Virus record (IMG/VR): IMGVR_UViG_3300048503_000069
Length of the DNA stretch: 64,000 nt
Direction: 5' to 3' (one strand)
Source of the DNA: an uncultured virus (IMG/VR IMGVR_UViG_3300048503_000069)
Taxonomy: Duplodnaviria > Heunggongvirae > Uroviricota > Caudoviricetes
In this document: piece after piece, positions 20,328 to 31,729 of the stretch
Layout of the letters: every line of letters starts with the position of its first letter
Numbering within the stretch: the first letter of the stretch is position 1
Program-made: the position numbers and the translations under genes
Notes under the pieces: generated by a model
Databases searched by the model: none
Seen by the model: only the letters and a program-made list of their open reading frames with translations
What the model was told of the DNA's origin: nothing

Positions 20328-20408
20328 GTTGCCACTAAGAAACAGCTTAGAAAACCCTTTATACGTAACCTTTAAAGAATTAAGCAGCTCATCGCCCACC
20401 AAATATAT

Positions 20409-20945
20409 ATGCAAAAACCAAACTTCTCGGAAGACCTCGCATTTTCATTAGACCCATTACACGCTGAGATGATGGATACATTTTATATCGATTTCTTCGG
20501 CGCGATGGGTCTAGAAGTAGTAGAGGTTAAACACATCACCGACCGAGCAGAACAGAAAAAAGGCTACGATAAGCTCATTAAGCTCGATAACGGGCAGTTT
20601 ATCCGCGTGGAAGAAAAACGAGATAGATACGTTACAGGAAATTTAGTACTAGAGTTATGGTCGGACTCGGATAGAAAAAGAGGGTGGTTGTACACCAGTA
20701 CTGCCGATTTTCTTTGTTATCATTTCATTAATACGGGAATCACTCATATGCTTCCAATGCCGCTATTACGGCGCGCGTGGATGCTTAACGAAAAGTTATG
20801 GCTAGACGTCTACGACGAGAAACATATTAAAAATCGCGCATGGACGACGATAATACTTCCCGTACCTGTGACCGTTCTTCGTGCTGCGCTTATGGAAGCG
20901 ATGGAGCACGACCACGTTTTAATAGCTGAGAAGTGTTTAGTTTAA
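20409..20945 (+). CDS. PD-(D/E)XK-like phage nuclease
   Basis: QKKGYD..IRVEEKRD..TGNLVLELWS..GWLYTSTAD. Confidence 0.6.
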   Translation: MQKPNFSEDLAFSLDPLHAEMMDTFYIDFFGAMGLEVVEVKHITDRAEQKKGYDKLIKLDNGQFIRVEEKRDRYVTGNLVLELWSDSDRKRGWLYTSTADFLCYHFINTGITHMLPMPLLRRAWMLNEKLWLDVYDEKHIKNRAWTTIILPVPVTVLRAALMEAMEHDHVLIAEKCLV

Positions 20946-21257
20946 ATGATTCACCCACGACCTAAACCACTATCGTCATATCCTGCTCACGAGAAAAACA
21001 GCCTAGAGCAGATACCGATATTAACCTATGAAGTAGGCGATTTGGCTAAGATGTTTGCTTATGCTCATCGCTATAGGTTGGTCGATAAAGAGAGAAGTAA
21101 AGGCTATAGAATCGAAGCGCGAATAGCCGCTTCTGATGTTATAGCTCAAATGGTCGTGATGTGTGAGCGCGAAGGCTGGAATTTTTATGAAGTGAAGAAG
21201 CTCGGCGAGGAACGCTTTAGGGAGAAAATAGAGCGGCATAGGCTCTATAAAGTATAA
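20946..21257 (+). CDS. MazG-like NTP pyrophosphohydrolase fold
   Basis: YEVGDL...SDVIAQ helical pattern. Confidence 0.45.
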   Translation: MIHPRPKPLSSYPAHEKNSLEQIPILTYEVGDLAKMFAYAHRYRLVDKERSKGYRIEARIAASDVIAQMVVMCEREGWNFYEVKKLGEERFREKIERHRLYKV

Positions 21258-21823
21258 TGGCATACAAAGACCCCGAGAAGAAAAAGGAACGCGATAAAGC
21301 GTATCACATAGCGAATAGAGAAAAACGAAACGCGTATGCTCGGCAATGGCGTGAGAAAAATCGAGAGAAACTTTATATAACTCAAAAAGCGTGGCGAGAT
21401 TCTCATAGAGAGCACATCTTACAAAATAAAAAGGAGTATTATCAGAAGAACCGCGAGAAAATTCTAGAACGTGAAAAAGAGCGCTATAACGAGAAGCGGG
21501 GTAATCCGAAATATATCGCGAAGCATAGAGAGTACGGTCGTAAGCATCGTCAAAAAATACGCGATATAGTTATTGCGCACTACGGTGGCGATTCACCCCA
21601 CTGTATGTGTTGCGGCGAAACAACTCTACAGTTCTTAACAGTGCATCATATTAATGGAGATGGTGCGGCCCATAGGCGCTCGATTGGTAATTCTGGTTTA
21701 TATGAGTGGATTATAAAGCATAACTATCCTACGGGGTTAGAATTACAATGTTGGAACTGTAATCTAGCAAGTTATCAGTATGGGATATGTCCTCATAAAA
21801 TAAAAGAAGGCGATAAATTTTGA
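21257..21823 (+). CDS. Zn-finger HNH endonuclease, family A
   Basis: Basic helical N-terminus; CMCCGE..FLTVHH..CWNCN..YGICPH. Confidence 0.85.
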   Translation: MAYKDPEKKKERDKAYHIANREKRNAYARQWREKNREKLYITQKAWRDSHREHILQNKKEYYQKNREKILEREKERYNEKRGNPKYIAKHREYGRKHRQKIRDIVIAHYGGDSPHCMCCGETTLQFLTVHHINGDGAAHRRSIGNSGLYEWIIKHNYPTGLELQCWNCNLASYQYGICPHKIKEGDKF

Positions 21824-22812
21824 AAATATTATTTGTATGCAGAAAGCGCGGCCCCTACGGATACTTATCATCGGGGCTTTTTAATTCGGTGAAGTTTCTC
21901 GTCGATATGCTCGACGATATGGGGATAGACTCGAGAATGGTCGACGTGGTTAATAACAACCAAATCGATAAAGAAGTTAAGTCGTACCAGCCGACTCATG
22001 TTATAATAGAAGCGCTATGGGTCGTTCCTAAGAAGTTTAAAGTTCTCATGGAACTTTACCCTAATGTGGAGTGGGTCGTGAGACTTCATTCGGACATACC
22101 ATTCCTAGCAAACGAGGGTATAGCTTTTGAATGGTTATTCGAGTATATAACAAACGGGGTAACAATCGCTTCGAATAAAGAAAGCGTGGCTAAGTTGCTT
22201 ACGAAGGTTCTTCGAACGGAAGTAAAGTACCTACCGAATTATTATCCCGTCACGAATGAACCCTTCGAGCACGGTGCTAAGCACGGCGACACGCTAAACG
22301 TGGGTTGTTTCGGCGCGATTCGCCCCCTAAAGAATCAGCTCGCACAGGCGTTCGCGGCCATTCGATTCGCCGATGAACAAAATAGAAGACTAAGATTCCA
22401 TATGAACGTCGGGAGGGTCGAGGCGTGCGGCGAGACAATCGAGAGAAACATACGTGCCGTTTTTAAGAACCTTCCGGGGCATCACGAGCTTATAACTCAT
22501 AAATGGTACGACCACGACGAATTCACGAAATTATGTAAAAAGATGAATGTAGGTATGCAGGTTTCTTTTTCTGAGACCTATAATCTAGTTACTGCTGATT
22601 TCGTAAACGTAAATGTGCCAGTGGTGGTTTCTAGTGAAGTGCGGTGGGTTTCTAAAGAGTGCGTAACGAGTCCGAATAACATAGAGAGCATAGTTAAAAC
22701 GATGAGTCGAGTATTCAACGATGGTAAACTCGTTCGCGCGAATCGTGAGTTGCTCATTTGGGAAGACGTAAAAACTAAAACCGCGTGGGCGGCATTTTCA
22801 CTCGAGGGATAA
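21820..22812 (+). CDS. Glycosyltransferase (GT-B/GT4-like)
   Basis: MKILFV start, GCFGAIRPLKNQ, QVSFSETYNLV..D...VPVVVS. Confidence 0.72.
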   Translation: MKILFVCRKRGPYGYLSSGLFNSVKFLVDMLDDMGIDSRMVDVVNNNQIDKEVKSYQPTHVIIEALWVVPKKFKVLMELYPNVEWVVRLHSDIPFLANEGIAFEWLFEYITNGVTIASNKESVAKLLTKVLRTEVKYLPNYYPVTNEPFEHGAKHGDTLNVGCFGAIRPLKNQLAQAFAAIRFADEQNRRLRFHMNVGRVEACGETIERNIRAVFKNLPGHHELITHKWYDHDEFTKLCKKMNVGMQVSFSETYNLVTADFVNVNVPVVVSSEVRWVSKECVTSPNNIESIVKTMSRVFNDGKLVRANRELLIWEDVKTKTAWAAFSLEG

Positions 22813-24131
22813 TGGACGCGTTTAAAGGGCTTATTTCTGAAAAATCCGCGAGAATAGCGGTAATTGGATTAGGCTACGTCGGCTTATCTACTGCTGTTGC
22901 GTTCGCAGACGCTGGCTTTCAAACGGTCGGCGTCACGCGCACACAGAGCAAAGTAGACACATTAAACGCCGGGAATAGTTACCTACCCGACGTGCAGCGG
23001 GACACTATAATTAGCTCACTCGTCGGTAGCGGATTATTAAAGGCAACAACTAATGTAGAAGAAGCAGTTGAATGTAGCGATGTTATTATTATTACGGTTC
23101 CTACGCCGCTCACGAAGTCAATGGAACCCGACCTAACGGCGATTAAAGATGTAGGTAAACAAATAGGTAAAACATTAGATACGGGGCAGCTTATCATCCT
23201 AGAATCGACCGTCTATCCCGGCGTTACCGAAGACGTGTTAGCACCACTTCTCGAAGAATCGGGGCTTAAAGCAGGTAAAGATTTCGGATTAGCCTATTGT
23301 CCCGAGAGATATAACGTAGGAGATATAGCTCATTCTATATCGAATACGCCTCGAATCGTGGGCGGCATAACCGATGAATGGGGTAGCTTAGCGGTAGAGC
23401 TGTATCTTCATATTACAAAATACGTGTCTCTCGTTAAGAACATTAAGACCGCAGAAGCCACGAAGTTAACAGAGAACATTCAACGAGACGTAAACATTGC
23501 CTTAATGAACGAACTAGCGGTAGCATATCCAGAGATGGGGGTTGACATAGAAGACGTCATAGACGCAGCGAGCACGAAATGGAACTTTAACGTTTATAAT
23601 CCGGGCGCAGGGGTTGGTGGAGAATGTTTACCAGTTAACGCGTATTATCTCACCTACCGCGCGCAGCAGCTCGGGCATTATCTCCCACTCATACGAACCG
23701 CGCGATTAGCGAATGATGCTATGCCTTATCATGTCGTTAAACTCACACTCGACGCACTACGACAACATCAGTGTAAGATAGACGATTCGCGCGTAACGGT
23801 TCTAGGGGTGTCATACAAACCAAACATTGCAGACCGGCGCGGAAGCCCGAGCTATGAAGTTATAGATACGTTAAAGAACCACGGTGTTGAGGTGCGCGTT
23901 AGCGACCCGTACCTTCCATATAATGAGATAGAAGTTGACGTTCTCGACGACACCGATGTAATAATTCTTATGACCGCGCATATGGAATACCTAACGCTCG
24001 ATTTTAAAGAAATAAAAGAATGGGTAAGAACGCCGATTATCATCGACGGGCGTCGAAGGCTTAATGGTGAATATCTAAAAAGTTTAGGATTTACGTATAA
24101 AGGGGTAGGCGTGGTAAATGGAAGTTATTGA
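22812..24131 (+). CDS. UDP-N-acetylhexosamine 6-dehydrogenase (WecC/WbpA family)
   Basis: IGLGYVG, ITVPTP, LESTVYPG, CPER, GVGGECLP, SYKPN. Confidence 0.92.
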   Translation: MDAFKGLISEKSARIAVIGLGYVGLSTAVAFADAGFQTVGVTRTQSKVDTLNAGNSYLPDVQRDTIISSLVGSGLLKATTNVEEAVECSDVIIITVPTPLTKSMEPDLTAIKDVGKQIGKTLDTGQLIILESTVYPGVTEDVLAPLLEESGLKAGKDFGLAYCPERYNVGDIAHSISNTPRIVGGITDEWGSLAVELYLHITKYVSLVKNIKTAEATKLTENIQRDVNIALMNELAVAYPEMGVDIEDVIDAASTKWNFNVYNPGAGVGGECLPVNAYYLTYRAQQLGHYLPLIRTARLANDAMPYHVVKLTLDALRQHQCKIDDSRVTVLGVSYKPNIADRRGSPSYEVIDTLKNHGVEVRVSDPYLPYNEIEVDVLDDTDVIILMTAHMEYLTLDFKEIKEWVRTPIIIDGRRRLNGEYLKSLGFTYKGVGVVNGSY

Positions 24132-24497
24132 ACCGAATCTAGTTACTATCCCCGCTGAAGACCAAATCTATGAGCTAATTAAGCTCATTAAAGATAGTCG
24201 CGGTAATAAAGTTGATTTTCTAATGGGGCCTCTATGGCGCGAAGATACGATAACATATGATGGAAAGCTCGTATCGCGTATCTATCATTTAATAAACCAC
24301 CATATTTACATTGTGCAGACTCTCGGCGTAGCGGGTAAGAATGTTTACCTACGTGTCTCAGGCCGTGGAAACGTGAATGAGATTACAAAAGAAGAAGCAA
24401 TAGAAATAATAGGTCTACGTAAAGGCTACATTGAAGACAGCGACTTAAGGGATATTGGGCCGAATGATGACCCCGAAATACCATATCTAACATCGAC

Positions 24498-25094
24498 ATG
24501 CGACTGGTGAAAATGACGGAAAGGGTTTGTTCTAATTGTCATAAGCCGTTCGACGAACCTCACGAGTTTAAGCAGTGTGATAGGTGCCGCAAAATAGGGC
24601 GCGAAACTAAGCTCAAATGGTGGCACGAAAAAAGAAGAACGGCGGCAGGTCCCGTGTGCTCAATATGTCTTAAACCACACGACGGAAAATACAAAACTTG
24701 TGAGCGATGCCTTAGCTATAAGCGAAAATTTCGTAAAGAGCATCCAGAAGCCGACAATGAATGGTATCTAGCGCACCGGGACGAACTGCTTAAGAAATCT
24801 AAAGAATACCGTGAACAGACCCGCTTGATGGTTTTGACACATTATTCTAACGGGGAAACTCCGCGCTGCGCTTGTTGTAACGAACAAAATATTGAGTTTC
24901 TTTGTATAGACCATATAAACGGAGGGGGGCGTCAGCATAGAAAACAGCTAATAAAGAGCGGGATAACCCCGTATCTTTGGCTTGTTAGGAATGATTTTCC
25001 AGAAGGTTATCGGGTTCTTTGTTGGAACTGTAACTCATCACTCGGACTTTACGGATATTGTCCCCACGATAAGGTGCCAAACTGTGATTTTTAA
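24498..25094 (+). CDS. Zn-finger HNH endonuclease, family A
   Basis: Two extra CxxC pairs N-terminal; CACCNE..IDHI..CWNCN..YGYCPH. Confidence 0.85.
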   Translation: MRLVKMTERVCSNCHKPFDEPHEFKQCDRCRKIGRETKLKWWHEKRRTAAGPVCSICLKPHDGKYKTCERCLSYKRKFRKEHPEADNEWYLAHRDELLKKSKEYREQTRLMVLTHYSNGETPRCACCNEQNIEFLCIDHINGGGRQHRKQLIKSGITPYLWLVRNDFPEGYRVLCWNCNSSLGLYGYCPHDKVPNCDF

Positions 25095-25429
25095 AATGCA
25101 AGAGCTAAGATTAATCGGTGAAGAACTACACGAGGTCCCGATACAGTGGGAGGGACACATCGGTAGGCTACGTTGTCGAAAAAGTTGTTGGCAGCCTATT
25201 CGTGGTATTACGCTTCGACGCTGCTACGATTGTAAAAACTATGCCGGTCGGACTAAAAAGGTGGTATTTTGCGTGCTAAAAGTAAAAGAGTGAATAGAAT
25301 AAAGTGTGAGTGTGAGGCGAGCCACAATTTTAATTATATTTACGTTAGTGGTTTTACGGTAGATGATAAAAAGTCGGGCATCCGGCAGCATTGTGAAAAA
25401 TGCGTACGCGCACAAAAAGATGAGGATTA

Positions 25430-25951
25430 ATGAATATCTGTTCTCAGTGTCATAAGTCACACGACGGTAAGTTTAAAACGTGCGAGCCGTGTTTAGACCA
25501 CACTCGTAAATGGCGAAAGGAGAATCTTAGAAGAAATCGAGAGATAGGTCTTACGTATTATTATGCACATCAAAAAGAAATATTAGAGAAAGGCCACATA
25601 TACCGTCAAGTAAATCGAGAGAAAGAAAACGCACGTCAGCAACGGTGGCGCAAAGAGAATCCAGAACGATTAAAAGAACAGAGACAAGATAAACGATTTA
25701 TGGTGCTACAGTACTATTCGCGTAGTGATATACCCTTCTGCGACTGCTGCGGCGAAAAAACATTAGAGTTTCTATGTATCGACCATATAAGTGGAAATGG
25801 TAATGAGCATAGGCGCGAAACTAAAAAAGCGCCGATTTATGCTTGGTTAATTCAGCATAACTTTCCAGACGGATTTCGAGTTTTATGTCATAATTGTAAT
25901 CTATCATTAGGTTTTTATGGCTATTGTCCGCATAAGAGTAAAGAGGTATAA
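25430..25951 (+). CDS. Zn-finger HNH endonuclease, family A
   Basis: CDCCGE..IDHI..CHNCN..YGYCPH. Confidence 0.85.
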   Translation: MNICSQCHKSHDGKFKTCEPCLDHTRKWRKENLRRNREIGLTYYYAHQKEILEKGHIYRQVNREKENARQQRWRKENPERLKEQRQDKRFMVLQYYSRSDIPFCDCCGEKTLEFLCIDHISGNGNEHRRETKKAPIYAWLIQHNFPDGFRVLCHNCNLSLGFYGYCPHKSKEV

Positions 25952-25952
25952 A

Positions 25953-26747
25953 ATGGTGCTTAGAAGAGAATATAAGGGAGGGATAGGTCGCGTTTATGTG
26001 GATGAGAATGACCGAGAGTACCCCTCAGTAACTACCGTCTTACAGACGCTCTCAAAGGGGCCGTGGTTAGAACGGTGGCAAGACACGATGCGCGTTAACC
26101 ACTTTACAGAGACATTCGATAAACACATTGAAAGCCTCGACGGAGATACGCGTAATAAAGTAAATAAAGAAAAGGTTCATCGTATCTTTAAAAGCGCACT
26201 AGCCGCGCCTAATAATTATAGAGATATGAAGGGCGCACAGGGTGACTTTTATCATAAGATGCTCGAGTCGTATTTAAAAGACGATAAAGGCGAACATCCG
26301 GTAGAGTGGTATCTCGCGCAGGACGAGAGAGCGGAAAAGGTATTAAATAACTTTAAAAAATGGGTGTGGAAGACGCAGTTAAAACCGATAAAGGTCGAAC
26401 ATTATCTACACTCAACGAAATACGGTTTCGCTGGAACCGTTGATTTAGTTGGTACGCAGACAACAAAAGACGGCGATAAGGAGTTAGTTCTAGTAGATTT
26501 TAAGACGGGAAGCGTGCAGAAAGACCAGTTGCTTCAATTAGCCGCGTATGCTAAAGCATACGAAGAACGATTCTTCTTACGACCTAAACGAGCTTTCTTT
26601 TTAAAGGTCGACGTCGATGCGGGGTCGGTAGGTGAACAATTACGGGTAGAAAATGGCACCCTAGAACAATTATTTGAGCTATATATGTGCTCATTTAGAT
26701 TATGGTGCTGGCGGAATGATGTTAAGTTTCAAGTGTTAGATGAGTGA
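25953..26747 (+). CDS. PD-(D/E)XK exonuclease (RecB/Cas4-like)
   Basis: YPSVTTVL, AGTVDLV, VDFKTG, QLAAYA; start at ATG 25953 after GAGGT. Confidence 0.85.
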   Translation: MVLRREYKGGIGRVYVDENDREYPSVTTVLQTLSKGPWLERWQDTMRVNHFTETFDKHIESLDGDTRNKVNKEKVHRIFKSALAAPNNYRDMKGAQGDFYHKMLESYLKDDKGEHPVEWYLAQDERAEKVLNNFKKWVWKTQLKPIKVEHYLHSTKYGFAGTVDLVGTQTTKDGDKELVLVDFKTGSVQKDQLLQLAAYAKAYEERFFLRPKRAFFLKVDVDAGSVGEQLRVENGTLEQLFELYMCSFRLWCWRNDVKFQVLDE

Positions 26748-27286
26748 ATTCGATAATTTGGATAGGCTTTCTATCGAGGAATTCAATAAACTATTAAACG
26801 ATTTAGCGCGTAGTAACATAACGAGTAAAACAAAAGTAAGAGTATATGACGCACGATTTACGGTCGACCACACAATTAACACGTGTAAATATGACACTAA
26901 GGCTATGCAGAGGCTCGAGCGAAGAGTAGTTCGTGAGAGCTGGAACTTTAAAGGGGTGTAAGATGGCTAAAGAGTATGTGGTTCAGGATTTAGAAGACGA
27001 GAACCGTACCTTAAAAGAAGATGTGGAGTTTTTAGGGGCGATTCACGAAACCGATAGAAAACGAATCGAAAAACTCGAAGAAACAATTTCTATACTACGT
27101 AGTCAGCTCGAGGACGAGGCCGATAAGAAATGGGAGCTTCAACAAGAATTAAATCGACTTAAACCTGATACGGGGATGAAGATATGAGCTGGTTTAGTAA
27201 TAAGGGAAAAGAATTAAAGATAGTGGAATGTAAAAAAATGCCGGAATTAACCGAAGAAGAATAATAAAAGTTGGAGAACATAAAAC

Positions 27287-28456
27287 ATGAATCATACGTG
27301 TGTTTACTTCATCGCGGGGGATTCGTATTCGAACCTTCCCGAGATTAGAAGTGCAGGAATTATAGACGCCCACCTAGTTATTCATGGTGGGGGCGTAACA
27401 CCGCCAAGCCAATTCGTAAAAGACTGCATTGCAGCCGGTCTAAGCCCGATATGCAATAACGGGAACGATGGTGGTGCAGGTTGGGATGGCTCAGCTAGTT
27501 ACTACCCTAATCTATTTAATATGGGCTATCACGCGGCCGGTGGCGAATCCGAGCAAGCAAACGAGATTGATGCGATAATGAATTCTGGTATATTCCTCGA
27601 CTACGGTGGAGAAGGAACCGGCGGGGGAACCAACGACGATGTTTGGAAGGAAACACATACCGCGCCCGTTCACGGCGGGGGCTGTGCCGGTTACTACGAA
27701 ACCTACGATGGTTCCGATAACTTTTGGGGTTGGGACGTCGTAGGTAGTGGAATGAAAGACGCGAAAGCGCACGGCGTGAAAGAAATAGGCATAATGATTG
27801 GCTCGTGGATGCTAGACCACTCGACTGTGCAAGACTACATAACACTCGCGCAGACGATGGAATCTAACGGAATCACTTGTGCGGGTTTCGGGGTGTGGTC
27901 GGGCTATAATAATAACATGAATAACGTCTATAACGAGTTTGCGAGCTGGTATCAACAGCTAATGGCGATTTGGCCGCCAACAAGCATCACAATGAAGAAT
28001 CGGTTTAGTGGTCCGACACCAACGCCAACACCCACACCGGCACCAGTAGCCGCCGACGGCTCTAATCCCGCAGTAACGTATCTAAACGGCGTGAAGTATT
28101 CATTCGCTCGTGGCCTAAGTAACGCGCTATATTACCTCACCGATGGCGCGACGAAGTGGCTCTCTCTCGGTGGTACGTTAACCTCGGGAGTAGCGGCCGA
28201 AACAGTCGGTAACGAGATTTACATATTCGGTAGAGGGGCCGATAAGAAAACAACATACTATCGAACACTCACGAAAGAATGGACTTCAATCGGTGGAATC
28301 GCTACGAGTTCGCCCGGCTTAACACTCGACAGCAACGGTAAGACACTTCTCGTAGAAGTTCGCGGTGGTGATAAAGCAGTCTGGTATAGGACTCTCGATA
28401 CCACAACAGGCGCAGTATCGCCGGAGTGGCTTTCTCTCGGTGGGGTGCTTAATTGA
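27287..28456 (+). CDS. Putative hydrolase: unknown N-domain, PT linker, W-x-SLGG repeat module
   Basis: PTPTPTP linker; ARG..NALYY/WLSLGG repeats. Confidence 0.6.
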   Translation: MNHTCVYFIAGDSYSNLPEIRSAGIIDAHLVIHGGGVTPPSQFVKDCIAAGLSPICNNGNDGGAGWDGSASYYPNLFNMGYHAAGGESEQANEIDAIMNSGIFLDYGGEGTGGGTNDDVWKETHTAPVHGGGCAGYYETYDGSDNFWGWDVVGSGMKDAKAHGVKEIGIMIGSWMLDHSTVQDYITLAQTMESNGITCAGFGVWSGYNNNMNNVYNEFASWYQQLMAIWPPTSITMKNRFSGPTPTPTPTPAPVAADGSNPAVTYLNGVKYSFARGLSNALYYLTDGATKWLSLGGTLTSGVAAETVGNEIYIFGRGADKKTTYYRTLTKEWTSIGGIATSSPGLTLDSNGKTLLVEVRGGDKAVWYRTLDTTTGAVSPEWLSLGGVLN

Positions 28457-28963
28457 GTTCAGTAGAAGAGATGCTAAAGCGCGAGCCGAGTTGGCGACCA
28501 ACAAAATGGTATGAGGAAGCCGTGATGAAAGACGAGATTCGCAAACGAATCGTTAATAGAAAGAAAAATGACGGCTGAGATATACTATACTCGAGATGGG
28601 GTGCGCTATCGGCGCGTCCCGCCTTTTTTTAAAGAAGAGGAAGATGAGCAACAAAAAGAAGATACCGACGAGAACGCCGTGTAGGTGTGAATCCTGCGGG
28701 AGAGTTAACGGAGATATGGGAATTATAATATTCGAAGATTGGGGCGAATCGGTGTATTGTCAACTAAAAGACGCGTGGTTTCCGATGGGCTACACGTGTT
28801 ATAGCTTTTTATCGTCTGCGTGGTGAACTATGGGAAGTGTGTACTATAGAGTACCCGTATGCGACGACATACTTAAGTCGATTAAGATAAAAGCCAACGA
28901 AGAAATGGCCACGGTTTCGGCGGTAGCAGAAAAGCTCATTGACCAATTTATCGCGGAGCTTGA

Positions 28964-29356
28964 ATGAGAAAATGTACTAAATGTAGTAATATGATTAATG
29001 CCGACGATAGGCATAAGCTATGTCCTCGTTGTCGTGAAAAGAATAAAGAAATAAAGCTTAGAGTAAGAAAAGGCCGCGAAGAAAGAGGCGTCTGTACGCA
29101 ATGCGGTAAAAAAAGAGATAGTGAGTTGTACCTCTTATGCGCTAAATGTCGTGATAAAAAAAGTCATAGTCCCTCTCGCGTAAAGCGTGGCGTTAATAAA
29201 ACAAATCCAGTTCGCGTGTATCCTACACACATTAACCTAAGTAAAGCGTATATCATCAAAGTAGACGAGGTGGCCGCGAGAGCGCACCTAACTAGAACGG
29301 ATATAATGGAAACGCTCATCTCGAAATATATAAATCGCGTTGAGGTCTGGAAGTGA
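28964..29356 (+). CDS. Zn-finger protein with RHH-like C-terminus
   Basis: Four CxxC pairs; THINLS...VDEVAARAHLTRTDIME. Confidence 0.55.
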   Translation: MRKCTKCSNMINADDRHKLCPRCREKNKEIKLRVRKGREERGVCTQCGKKRDSELYLLCAKCRDKKSHSPSRVKRGVNKTNPVRVYPTHINLSKAYIIKVDEVAARAHLTRTDIMETLISKYINRVEVWK

Positions 29357-30015
29357 GTTCTAATTCGCAAGAATATAATCAACGGTGGCGGGAAGCAAAT
29401 AAAGAGGCCATACGCGACTCAAACCAAAAATATCGTTTAGCTCACGCAGAAAAGATTTCTAAGCAAATTAAGATACGGTATCAACGGCTTCGCGATAGTG
29501 GGTTATGTGTCAGGTGCACTAATCCGCGCGAAAAACATAAGCAGTATTGTGATAGCTGTCTTAAAAAGCATAACGCCGAAGTTAAAAAATGTCGAGAAAA
29601 ACATATTAAAAGTGGATTATGTCGCGCTTGCGGCCTCCCGCGCGAACAAGAAAATAAAGTACATTGTAATAAATGTCTTATGAAGTATCGCGACGATACA
29701 AGAAAGAATCAGGAACGATTTAGACACACCGCGCTTTCTTTTTTAACGGACGGAAAAATGTGCTGTAGTAACTGCGGGTTGCCTATCTATCAAACTCTTG
29801 AGTTCGACCATATAAATAACGACGGGGCTGAGCATAGACGACGAGAAGCTGGTAGGTGGTTCAGTTTTCCTAAATGGCTTATCGATAATAACTTTCCTAA
29901 TGGCTTTCAGGTTCTTTGTGCGAATTGTCATAGTTTTAAAACAAAAGGGGGTAAGTTACCAACTAAAAATGAACTTATCGCGGCGTATGAAACCGCGATT
30001 AAGTTTTTGGAGTAA
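29353..30015 (+). CDS. Zn-finger HNH endonuclease, family A variant
   Basis: CSNCG..LEFDHINNDG..HRR..WL..FPNGFQVLCANCH. Confidence 0.8.
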   Translation: MSSNSQEYNQRWREANKEAIRDSNQKYRLAHAEKISKQIKIRYQRLRDSGLCVRCTNPREKHKQYCDSCLKKHNAEVKKCREKHIKSGLCRACGLPREQENKVHCNKCLMKYRDDTRKNQERFRHTALSFLTDGKMCCSNCGLPIYQTLEFDHINNDGAEHRRREAGRWFSFPKWLIDNNFPNGFQVLCANCHSFKTKGGKLPTKNELIAAYETAIKFLE

Positions 30016-31144
30016 GAAAATGAAATTAAGCGACATTCTAGAGTTTATAACGTTATTCGAATTAGAGCGACTTAGTGAGGGGATTGTGGAAGTTAAAACA
30101 GAGAATGACATTTTAGCGGTTTATCACGTGTATGTAATGATATACAGCGCTTGGGAACATTATTTTAAAAACGGTAATGTATAGTTATTTCATAGGTAAC
30201 GATAAGCGAGAAGCTACCGGCTTCTGCACGAAGTGTCAGGTTCCGCTTAGTATGCGAGCTTCAACGATAGAGGGGCAGTTCTATTGTCCTTTCTGCGCGG
30301 ACTTACTTATTAGACAATATCTAGAAACGTATGGGTTCGGCTTAGCTCTCGAGAAAGACTTTAGCACAGAAAAAACGGAAAACGTGAGTCACTATGGATA
30401 AGAAGAGCGAATATTGTAGAACCGGCTGCATGTGGCTTCTTTGGACTAAACTGGGGAATCATAATAAATGTCTCTTAGATACAGAGCCGACACGGGCCGA
30501 TAACGGTTACATTTACTGCGACGATTATAAAACTTAGAAGGAGATGAGTAAGATACCCGCACACTATCATCCTTGTGCCAACTGTGCTAAGGCCCGAGAG
30601 TCGGGCTATCCGACTATGTTCTATTGTGAAGCAAAAAGCATACAAATTCCGAATGAAGAAACGATGCACGGTTGCATAACCTACGCGCCGAGAACGGACG
30701 GGCAGGTATACATATGAAACGCGACATTCTTGGCGAAACTAAGTTTTGTGTTGTATGTAAAAACGAGTTTCGAGATACGCTCGCACACTGGAATGGAAGA
30801 CTTCTCGTGTGGAAGCGCGGCCGGTCACGAACAAACTGTTGCTCAGACGTGTGTGCAAAGAAACGTAAAGCCGCACGAGACTTAGCCTATAAACGCGCGC
30901 GAACCGTAAAAAATCGCGCGAGAGAATATGAGTGAAGAAAAGCGGCATATGTGTAGAGACTGCCTAAAGGCGCTTCGCACAAGAGAAGACACAAAGAGTA
31001 GACGGTCTGAAATAAAATGTACGGTTACTAATACGTGGCTTAGTCCTTTCGCGGACACGTGTAAGCATTTTAAGCTGCGCGGCGAAGACCGAGGCATAGG
31101 TAGGGCGCTTAAGACCCTAATAGACGGAAGAGTTCAATTAAAAG

Positions 31145-31729
31145 ATGAGCGAAATAAATACTAAGGATAATCCTTATTTCATTCGTGAAGAGGAAGTTTC
31201 GTTAGACAAGCTTAAGCCTAACGAGAAAAACCCGCGAAAGCATCCCGAAGACCTTATAAAACGATTAGTCGCGAGTATAAAAGAATTCGGTAAGACCATG
31301 CCGATGATTGTCGACGAGGATTATAATATCATTGCGGGTCACGCGCGGCTTAAAGCAGCGCAGAGAATGGGCTTAACAACCTTTCCGGTTAGAGTATTCA
31401 AGTTTCCGGCCGGAAAGGATAGGGCGTATCTAATTGCCGATAATAAACTAGCCGAGATGAGTGAGTGGGATACCCCTCTTTTAGCAGATATGTTCGAAGA
31501 GCTATTAGAAGCAGGTATTCATCTCGATATAACCGCGTTTACCATAGAGGAACGCGATGAGATTATGGCCGAGCCTATGATGGCTCCCGATAGCGAATTC
31601 GGCGCGGGAGAAAAGGACTTCGTTATAGTCTCCTTTAGAATGACGAAGGACGAATTCGAGTTATATAAAGCTGATGTTGATGAGTTCATAGGAAAAACCA
31701 ATTTAACGCCCCACATACAGGAGATATAA
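31145..31729 (+). CDS. ParB/Srx N-terminal domain protein
   Basis: LKPNEKNPRKH, SIKEFG, IIAGHARLKAA, ADNKLAE. Confidence 0.88.
   Translation: MSEINTKDNPYFIREEEVSLDKLKPNEKNPRKHPEDLIKRLVASIKEFGKTMPMIVDEDYNIIAGHARLKAAQRMGLTTFPVRVFKFPAGKDRAYLIADNKLAEMSEWDTPLLADMFEELLEAGIHLDITAFTIEERDEIMAEPMMAPDSEFGAGEKDFVIVSFRMTKDEFELYKADVDEFIGKTNLTPHIQEI

Noticed and set aside
25953..26747. cas4 as part of a CRISPR-Cas locus
   Set aside because: No Fe-S cysteine cluster and no other cas genes; an ordinary phage exonuclease.
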